Virus record (IMG/VR): IMGVR_UViG_3300025610_003176
Span: 1 to 41,578 of that record
DNA: 41,578 bases
Direction: 5' to 3' (one strand)
DNA from: a virus
Lineage: Duplodnaviria > Caudoviricetes
Below the pieces are notes generated by a model. The model ran no database searches. It worked only from the letters and a program-made list of their open reading frames with translations, and was not told the origin of the DNA. Positions within the stretch are counted from its first letter, which is position 1, and each line of letters opens with the position of its first letter. The position numbers and the translations under genes were made by a program. Shown piece after piece: positions 34,264 through 41,578 of the stretch.

Positions 34264-36504
34264 ATGGCCACTCCTATAAGGATTAAAAGGTCTGCCGTAT
34301 CCGGTAAGAGACCTACGAAGGAACAGTTGCAGCTAGGAGAATTAGCTGTAAACTTTTACGATGGTAAAGTATTCTTCAAGCAAGATACTAATGGAGTTGG
34401 TATTGGAACCAGAATAGTAGAAATTGGTGCAGGAAGTACAAGTTCTGTAGGTAAGACGTTATATGTGGCAGATAATGGTGATGATGAGAATACTGGTTTA
34501 GATGATAAGAATGCAAAGGCAACGATTAAATCTGCAGTTGCACTTGCTGTTCCGGGAGATACTATAAAAGTATTTCCTGGAACTTATGTTGAAGATAATC
34601 CAATTAATCTTCCGGATAATGTTTCTGTTGAGGGAGCAGAATTAAGACGTTGCCTAGTTCAACCACAGAATACTGGTGAAGATTTATTTTATGTTGGACA
34701 AGGAAATCATATATCAGATATAAGTTTTGTTGGATCTGCAGCAACCAACAATTCTGCAGTAATTGCATATAGACCACTTGTAGGTGTTTCTTCGGATAGA
34801 TTTTTTGATGCTGCAAGATTGATTCGTGAGAACTTAGATTTTATTGCACAAGAAACTGTAGGATATTTAAACAGTAATGACTATCCAGGATTCTCTATGA
34901 ATTCTGGAACAACTGAAAGTTGTGCAGATGATATTAAGGATGTATATCTTGCAGTATGTCATGATATTACCAGAGGTGGTAATTCTAAATGTATAGAAGC
35001 AGGTAAGAAATATTTTGATATTAATGGAAACTTAGATCATATTGTTGGATTTGGTGCAACAACAATAGATGCTTTTAATTATTCAATTGGTATTGCTCGT
35101 TCATGTATTAACAATCATCCTTGGACAGGTGGATATCAGTCTGAGTATGGGCAAGTTAGAGATTTAAGTATTCAAGCAGATGGTTCTACTGGATCAAATA
35201 ATGATTTTGGTTCTTGTGCAAATGTTCATTCTGCTATCACTGTTTGCGTTGGAATTGTAACTGGTATTATTCAGAACGGTATTGATGGAAATCCTGCAGT
35301 AAGTGGATTTACAACTAATTTCCCAGGGAATAGTGGAGCAATTAGTTCTGGAATTTTAACCGCATCATCAAGCCCACTACAAGGAACTGGTATAATCACG
35401 AAAGGACCATATATTAGAAACTGCACAAACTTCATTCCTAATAGTATTGGTGCAAGAATTGATGGATTTAATTCTGATCCTGGAGATCAAATAAACAATA
35501 TTGGTGTTCAGGGATCTTTCAATGTAGATTCTTATACACAATATAATCAAGGTGGTATTGGAGTATCAGTTACAAATGGTGCATATGCACAATTGGTATC
35601 ACTCTTTACGATTTGCGACGACATTGCTGTTTATACTGGTGGTGGTGGTCAGTGTGATTTGACAAATTCCAATTCTTCTTTCGGGACAAAAGGTCTTGTA
35701 TCAAAGGGAGTTGGAGATGCTTCAAGTAAATGTATTGATCGTTATACTGGAGAAGTTTCTACATCTGCAGAACAACTTGCAGAAAAAGTAGTTGTATCTG
35801 GAATTGGAACTCATAGACCATACTCTGGACAGGCAATTTACTTTGGAAAGTTGTATTATGAAGTAGATGATATTGTAGTTTCTTCTGGTGGAACTGGATA
35901 CACAAATCCACCGATAGTAACTATTTCATCTCCGACTGGACCTGGTAATGCAATTGATGCAACCTCTACTGCAACAATTGAAAATGGATCTGTTACTGAA
36001 ATTAATATTATTAGTAGAGGAACACAGTATACTTCTACTCCAACAATAACACTATCATCTCCTGATGTTGGTATTAATACTGCAACTGCAACAATTAGTT
36101 TGAGACCAATATATTATGGTGTCAAATCTTCGACAGAACCATCTGCTGGTATATCAACAATCACTTTAAATAGAAATCTAAATAATCCAATAGGTATTGG
36201 AACAACTGTATTTTTCTCTCGTCAGAGTCTTCAGATAGTAAGTTCCCATTCCTTCCAATATATTGGTGCAGGGAATACAATTGAAACTGCATATCCCTCT
36301 AGAGGTGGAGTTACTATTCAGAATAATGAAGTTATAAAACTTGATGGTGGACAGATTGTTTATACTAGCACTGATCAAGATGGTAATTTTAGAATTGGTG
36401 ATGGTGTAGTTATTGATCAATCTTCAGGAACAATTAGCGGTGATGTTTATGTCAAGAGTTTGTTGAATCAAGTTACCCCATTCATCTTAGCTTTAGGAGA
36501 TTAA
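34264..36504 (+). CDS. Virion structural / tail-fibre-associated protein
   Basis: N-terminus IRIKRS...GELAVNFYDGK typical of fibre proteins, pectin-lyase-like GDTIKVFPGTYVE, GGTGYTNPP repeats; follows a late promoter. Confidence 0.75.
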   Translation: MATPIRIKRSAVSGKRPTKEQLQLGELAVNFYDGKVFFKQDTNGVGIGTRIVEIGAGSTSSVGKTLYVADNGDDENTGLDDKNAKATIKSAVALAVPGDTIKVFPGTYVEDNPINLPDNVSVEGAELRRCLVQPQNTGEDLFYVGQGNHISDISFVGSAATNNSAVIAYRPLVGVSSDRFFDAARLIRENLDFIAQETVGYLNSNDYPGFSMNSGTTESCADDIKDVYLAVCHDITRGGNSKCIEAGKKYFDINGNLDHIVGFGATTIDAFNYSIGIARSCINNHPWTGGYQSEYGQVRDLSIQADGSTGSNNDFGSCANVHSAITVCVGIVTGIIQNGIDGNPAVSGFTTNFPGNSGAISSGILTASSSPLQGTGIITKGPYIRNCTNFIPNSIGARIDGFNSDPGDQINNIGVQGSFNVDSYTQYNQGGIGVSVTNGAYAQLVSLFTICDDIAVYTGGGGQCDLTNSNSSFGTKGLVSKGVGDASSKCIDRYTGEVSTSAEQLAEKVVVSGIGTHRPYSGQAIYFGKLYYEVDDIVVSSGGTGYTNPPIVTISSPTGPGNAIDATSTATIENGSVTEINIISRGTQYTSTPTITLSSPDVGINTATATISLRPIYYGVKSSTEPSAGISTITLNRNLNNPIGIGTTVFFSRQSLQIVSSHSFQYIGAGNTIETAYPSRGGVTIQNNEVIKLDGGQIVYTSTDQDGNFRIGDGVVIDQSSGTISGDVYVKSLLNQVTPFILALGD

Positions 36505-36508
36505 TTAA

Positions 36509-36841
36509 ATGGCAGCGGTAAATAATTTTAAAACATTTACAGAAACTGTTGGATTGACAACATCAGTTTTTTATACTGCACCTGCTGGATATACTGGTGT
36601 TGTTTTATTATCTCAAGTGACAAATAAAGGTGCATCAACTCATACCATGACATATATTTACCGTAGATCGTCTGGATCTGATACTGAAATTATTAAAAAT
36701 CTTTCAATACCTGCCGGAGATACTGCTAATCTCATTAGTGGTAAATTGGTTGTTGAAAGTGGAGATAAGTTGGCTATTAATGGCAGTAATGCATCTGATC
36801 TGGATTTTATTGCCAGTATTATGGAAACCTCAAACCTATAA
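36509..36841 (+). CDS. Small virion-associated protein
   Basis: YTAPAG...N...GKLVVESGDKL; inside the late operon. Confidence 0.65.
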   Translation: MAAVNNFKTFTETVGLTTSVFYTAPAGYTGVVLLSQVTNKGASTHTMTYIYRRSSGSDTEIIKNLSIPAGDTANLISGKLVVESGDKLAINGSNASDLDFIASIMETSNL

Positions 36842-36853
36842 TAGTTAAGTAAA

Positions 36854-39466
36854 ATGGTAGCACCCGTTCGTTTTCTTTCAGGTAGACAGCAACAACAAAA
36901 GATTGGTGTTCCCGATAGCACCGAGGATCTTAAGGTTCTGGAGGTTGTAGGTCGTGCTGGTATCGGAACTACTATTTTTGAACCAGACCATGAACTTGAT
37001 ATTAGAGGAACTACAAAATCTACCACATATCTTGGTGAAGGCGGAGCACTTACGTTGGGATCATCATCAGATGGAAGTTTGACGACAAGTGGAGCACTCA
37101 ATACTTTTACGAGTAACTCTAGTATAGTTAATAGTATTGATGAATTAAATGAATTATCATTTAATATTATTAGAAATACTGCTGTAACTGAGGTTGGGTT
37201 TACTGCGAATACAACTGCTGGTGCTGCTACTCTTAATGTAACACTAACGATTACCTCATCAGGTAATGCTAATCGATATGATATTGATTGGGGTGATGGA
37301 AGTAGCACAAGTGATACGACAGATTCAACACCTTCACATGCATATACTAACGTTGCCGGTGGATTATATACTGTTGTAGTTACAGCAAAAAATTCTAGTG
37401 GTGTTGGAGCAGGATCATCTCAAACTTTGACAAAGGCAGGTTTTATAACAGTTTATACACCTGCTCCTGTTATGGGATTCAATCTTTATAGAGCATCTTC
37501 CGGTGGTTCTGCACTTACTGGAAATGATCTTTATGTTGTTGATAACACTGGTGGAACTAATTCATATAATGAACTGTATCTCGACAACACTACTACAAAT
37601 GCAAGTGGAGTAGGAATTGGTGCTACTTATTCTGTTAATTGGGGTGATGGATCTTCGGTAACTCCTGTCAATAGTGATACTGATGCTGGTGGATCTAGCG
37701 GAGCAAGACTTGCACATACTTGGGCAGATGGGACAAGTAGTGGAACGAGTAGAGATACTGTTACTCTTACTATTTTAAACCACAATACTACAGATCCTGC
37801 AGAGATTCCAAAGAGCACTACAACTTCTTTGAAGGTATATCAAGATGATATTGCTGCACCATCTGGTTTAAGTTCTAAGACACTTAATAATGTTTCTAGT
37901 ACAGGAACTTCACCAAAACTTGCTTCTGGATTTACTGACAATACTGGTGGTGCAACAATATCTGCAGGAGATGATGTTAATCGTGTAACTGGTGGAACTG
38001 CAACTGCTGGTCCTATTACAACATTTGCATATAATGCAAATTCTGGAACTCTTACTGCAAATGTAAACGGATCTGCTGATGGAAGTAGAGCACTTACTAC
38101 TGGAGATGATAGTGGAACTTACACTAGTCTTGTAATTGATTCTGAAAGTGATTATCAGTTATTAAATTCTAGTGGATCTTCTACTACATTTGCAAATAGC
38201 ACTTATTATCCTGGTTTATATAAGGGATTTAAGGCAAGAGTTGCAAAGTCTGTTGCATCTCTTTCAACAGGTGCAAACAGTATGCAGTTATTGCATAGTG
38301 CAACTGGTAATACAAACGTAGTTGAGTTTGTTAAAGATAACTTGACTGCATCACCAACTGTTAATATTGGTAGTGCAACATTAACACAAAATGTTGCTGG
38401 AATATTTAGATATATCTCTGGTGTTCCATATTACAATTCTGGTTCACCAAGTCTTACACTTGCTGGTGTAACAATTGATGATTTGGTTGGGCAGTGTTAT
38501 ACAAACCAATCAAATATTGTTGAAGTTGATGATGGTACAAATCAGGAGAGCACTTCTTCTGATGCTATTACCAACTCTAATTACACTTATGCAAATATTG
38601 ATGGTTCAACAACGATGCTTTCTAGTGGAGTACCAAAAGTAAACACTGGAACATCAAGTGCTTATGCAATTGGTTCTCTTACAGTTCCAATTACATCTTC
38701 TAATGTTAGAACGATTAGTAGAGTAAAAGTTAGAGCAAGAAATGTGAATGGTGTAAGTTCATATAGTAGTGATCTTTCTACTATTGTTCAAGTTCACAAA
38801 TCTGCTCAGAGTGGAATTAGTGAAATTGCAATTTCGGTTGCTGATGCTCTGGGTGCTGGTTTTGATGATGATGGAGTAAGAATTTATGATTTTAAAGATG
38901 CAACGACTGATACTCCATCTTATACTGGTTCAACAAACTTCTATACTAACCAACCATATACTGAATCATTAACTTCCGCAACTGTAGGAATTAAAGAAGC
39001 AATTGTAAGACTTGGGGTGATTAAGTTTGATCAAACTAATTTTTCTTCCGGTTATCTTCCTGTAGGACCAAATAGAAGTTCTGCTCCATCAACTCAATAC
39101 TTTACTTTTGCTTTCCGACGAACACCACTAGCAAACTTTAATATTAATATTGTTTCTAGTAGTATTGCAGGTCTTTGGATTGCTGCTCCTGGAAGTGGTA
39201 TAGACAATACTAGTGGACTAAATGGTTGGTTAAGAGCAGATACACAATATAATGGATCTGGCACGCCAGGTAGTGGAGCAGGTGGTAATGGTAGTGATGG
39301 ATGTGCTGTAACTGGTTCTGATAGAATCCAAGCAAGCACTTCCTTAAATGGAAGTTTTGAAATGACTCTTGGTAGTGAGAATTTGAGCAGTGCTACTGGT
39401 AATGTTGCATTAGTGAGGATTGCATTAACATCTGGACAATCCGTAACATCTCTTTCTGTATCCTAA
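36854..39466 (+). CDS. Large Ser/Thr/Gly-rich virion protein with PKD-like domains
   Basis: Two WGDGS motifs, each followed by HAY or HTW. Confidence 0.75.
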   Translation: MVAPVRFLSGRQQQQKIGVPDSTEDLKVLEVVGRAGIGTTIFEPDHELDIRGTTKSTTYLGEGGALTLGSSSDGSLTTSGALNTFTSNSSIVNSIDELNELSFNIIRNTAVTEVGFTANTTAGAATLNVTLTITSSGNANRYDIDWGDGSSTSDTTDSTPSHAYTNVAGGLYTVVVTAKNSSGVGAGSSQTLTKAGFITVYTPAPVMGFNLYRASSGGSALTGNDLYVVDNTGGTNSYNELYLDNTTTNASGVGIGATYSVNWGDGSSVTPVNSDTDAGGSSGARLAHTWADGTSSGTSRDTVTLTILNHNTTDPAEIPKSTTTSLKVYQDDIAAPSGLSSKTLNNVSSTGTSPKLASGFTDNTGGATISAGDDVNRVTGGTATAGPITTFAYNANSGTLTANVNGSADGSRALTTGDDSGTYTSLVIDSESDYQLLNSSGSSTTFANSTYYPGLYKGFKARVAKSVASLSTGANSMQLLHSATGNTNVVEFVKDNLTASPTVNIGSATLTQNVAGIFRYISGVPYYNSGSPSLTLAGVTIDDLVGQCYTNQSNIVEVDDGTNQESTSSDAITNSNYTYANIDGSTTMLSSGVPKVNTGTSSAYAIGSLTVPITSSNVRTISRVKVRARNVNGVSSYSSDLSTIVQVHKSAQSGISEIAISVADALGAGFDDDGVRIYDFKDATTDTPSYTGSTNFYTNQPYTESLTSATVGIKEAIVRLGVIKFDQTNFSSGYLPVGPNRSSAPSTQYFTFAFRRTPLANFNINIVSSSIAGLWIAAPGSGIDNTSGLNGWLRADTQYNGSGTPGSGAGGNGSDGCAVTGSDRIQASTSLNGSFEMTLGSENLSSATGNVALVRIALTSGQSVTSLSVS

Positions 39467-39479
39467 GGTTAATAAGTAA

Positions 39480-41578
39480 ATGGCAATTTCAGAAACACAA
39501 AAGGTTGATTATCTTTGGAAGAAGCTTGCTTACGGACTTTCCAAAACGGATACGAATGCTAATAAAAGAGCAACCAACGAATCGATAGCAAGTCCATTAC
39601 TTCTCAGCGGAGAGAACGTTTGGTCGCAATCGAACTTGATTCCTGCAACCATACCAGGATCTTCTAGTGGTGTTGTTACTGTTTATCCGACAAGTTCTCC
39701 AGATGAGACTACTGCAGATACATCAGCAACAACAAATAGAACTTGGAAAACGGGACTTACTGATTGGATTTCTCCAGAATTTGGTTCAACGTATCTTGTA
39801 AAGGTTTATATTCATACTGCGGGACAATCTGGATCTGCTGCTTCTAGTGGGACTCAAGTATTTGGTGCTGGTTCTGGTAATGATGATGAATGGTTCTTTG
39901 ATTATCAGTCAGGTATTCTTCATTTTATAGGAACAAATCTTCCTTCTGGTATTTCTGGTAAATCAGTTTATGTTAGTGGTGCAAGATATACTGGTATTAA
40001 AGGTGTTGCAGTTCCTGGTGCTGGTGCAACATTTACTACTTTAAGTGTATCTGGTCTATCAACATTCAATGATGGATTGAGTATTTCTGGTATTGTTTCA
40101 GTCACTAATACGACTGAAAATACACTAGGTGATGCTGATACTGGTGCCGTTCAGATTGATGGTGGATTGGGAGTTAATGGAAATACAACAGTTGGCGGTG
40201 GAATATCTGTAACAAGTGATTCTCATTTTACTGGTGAAGTTCATATTGGGCCTGATTCTCACTTGAGTTTATCTCATGATTCTGGTGTAACTAATCATTC
40301 CAGAATTAAGGATGCTGGTCTGGGAGATCTTGTTTTTGAATCAAATGGGAATTTTGTATTTGTTGATGGGGCAGCTAATCTCAAAGCTCAGTTTAATAGT
40401 GGTGTAGAACTTTATGAAGGAAATGAAAAAAAGTTTCAAGTTGTAGGATCTGGTGTTTCTATTTTTGATAGCTTATCATCAGATGCAACAATTAATGGTC
40501 CAGGAAGATTAGTTATTAAACCCGATTTTGATGATAATAATACGGGATTATTGGTTATTGATGGTGATTTAAATGTATCTGGAGTTGTAACAGGTATAAC
40601 TACTTTCAGTTCTAATGTTGACATTAATGCATCAGTTGATATTTTAACAAATCTTGATGTTCATGGTCAAACTGATTTAGATGAAGTTAATATTGATGGT
40701 GACCTTTATATTACTGATGGAATTAATGTTTCTGGTATTTCTACATTCCAAAGTTTTGTTTATCTTCCTGATTATGTTTATTTAAACTTTGGTAATAATC
40801 AAGATTTACAAATTTATCATGATAGTGATGACAGTTATATTAGAGATGTTGGTACTGGTAATTTAAATATAGATTCTGTCGACGGAAGCATAAACATCAG
40901 AGTTGCTTCTAATGAATCTGCAATAATTGCAAAAAAGAATGCTGCAGTAGAACTTTACCACGACAACTCCTTAAAATTTGAAACTACAGGAATTGGTGTT
41001 TCGGTTTCAAATGGTGGGAATGATACTGCAACAATCACTGGACCAACAAACCTTATTATTGATCCTGCAGTTGTAGGTGATGATACTGGTGTTGTAAGAA
41101 TCAAAGGTGACTTATACGTTGATGGAACAACTACTCAGATTAATTCTTCTACGATTCAACTTGCCGATTTTATAGTTGGAATTGCCACTACAGCAACTAG
41201 TAATGCTTTAGCAGATGGTGCTGGTATAGAGATTGGACCATCCAATATCAATTTCAAATATTATTATAATAGCAATACAAATCCATCATTAAAATCAAGT
41301 GAAAATTTAAATATTGCTCTCAACAAAGTCTATCAAATTAATCAAGTTGAGGTATTAAGTTCAACAACATTAGGTTCTGGAGTTGTAAATTCTTCATTAA
41401 CAAATGTAGGAACTTTAACCGAATTAAATGTATCTGGTATCTCTACCTTCTCTTCACTGGTAGACATTAATGCTGGATTGGACGTTGATGGGTTCACTGA
41501 ATTAGATTCAACCAACATTTCCGAAACCTTAAGTGTATCTGGTTTATCGACCTTTGCTTCTAATGTTGATGTTAATGC
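39480..41578 (+). CDS. Large virion / tail-fibre protein, 3' truncated by the window
   Basis: ATG 39480 begins MAISETQKVDYLWKKLAYG...; recurrent VSG(I/L)STF motifs; no stop noticed, which would explain its absence from the ORF track. Confidence 0.8.
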   Translation, partial: MAISETQKVDYLWKKLAYGLSKTDTNANKRATNESIASPLLLSGENVWSQSNLIPATIPGSSSGVVTVYPTSSPDETTADTSATTNRTWKTGLTDWISPEFGSTYLVKVYIHTAGQSGSAASSGTQVFGAGSGNDDEWFFDYQSGILHFIGTNLPSGISGKSVYVSGARYTGIKGVAVPGAGATFTTLSVSGLSTFNDGLSISGIVSVTNTTENTLGDADTGAVQIDGGLGVNGNTTVGGGISVTSDSHFTGEVHIGPDSHLSLSHDSGVTNHSRIKDAGLGDLVFESNGNFVFVDGAANLKAQFNSGVELYEGNEKKFQVVGSGVSIFDSLSSDATINGPGRLVIKPDFDDNNTGLLVIDGDLNVSGVVTGITTFSSNVDINASVDILTNLDVHGQTDLDEVNIDGDLYITDGINVSGISTFQSFVYLPDYVYLNFGNNQDLQIYHDSDDSYIRDVGTGNLNIDSVDGSINIRVASNESAIIAKKNAAVELYHDNSLKFETTGIGVSVSNGGNDTATITGPTNLIIDPAVVGDDTGVVRIKGDLYVDGTTTQINSSTIQLADFIVGIATTATSNALADGAGIEIGPSNINFKYYYNSNTNPSLKSSENLNIALNKVYQINQVEVLSSTTLGSGVVNSSLTNVGTLTELNVSGISTFSSLVDINAGLDVDGFTELDSTNISETLSVSGLSTFASNVDVN

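Noticed and set aside
36658-37308. 216-aa antisense ORF in the structural operon
   Set aside because: Spans two + strand genes; its composition reflects their low complexity.
1-41578. Host chromosome or prophage origin
   Set aside because: T4-type late promoters, virion genes and compact auxiliary genes without host operon context; no integrase or att site seen.

Overview
A 41.6-kb segment of a T4-like marine cyanomyovirus, probably infecting Synechococcus, inferred from the D1 C-terminus, psbD, gnd/zwf/talC and tRNAs that mostly read A-ending codons. In order it contains: a nuclease fragment; a minus-strand cluster of three apparently exported proteins; a tRNA/ncRNA region with 2OG-Fe(II) oxygenases and a small outer-membrane protein; gnd, an unannotated ndhP-like gene and zwf; structured RNAs; a 14-gene GDP-fucose/glycosyltransferase island; a photosynthesis and carbon block (hli x2, petF, thioredoxin, psbA, amt, petE, talC, psbD); a palindromic tandem repeat followed by a type II restriction-modification pair; an HNH nuclease; and the start of a late virion/tail-fibre operon. 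The most notable observations are a tandem array of three covarying H-type RNA pseudoknots upstream of gmd, an ammonium transporter flanked by a duplicated psbA terminator, the hidden ndhP-like gene, the exported-protein module, and the R-M pair. All product calls rest on motifs read by eye; no database searches were run.
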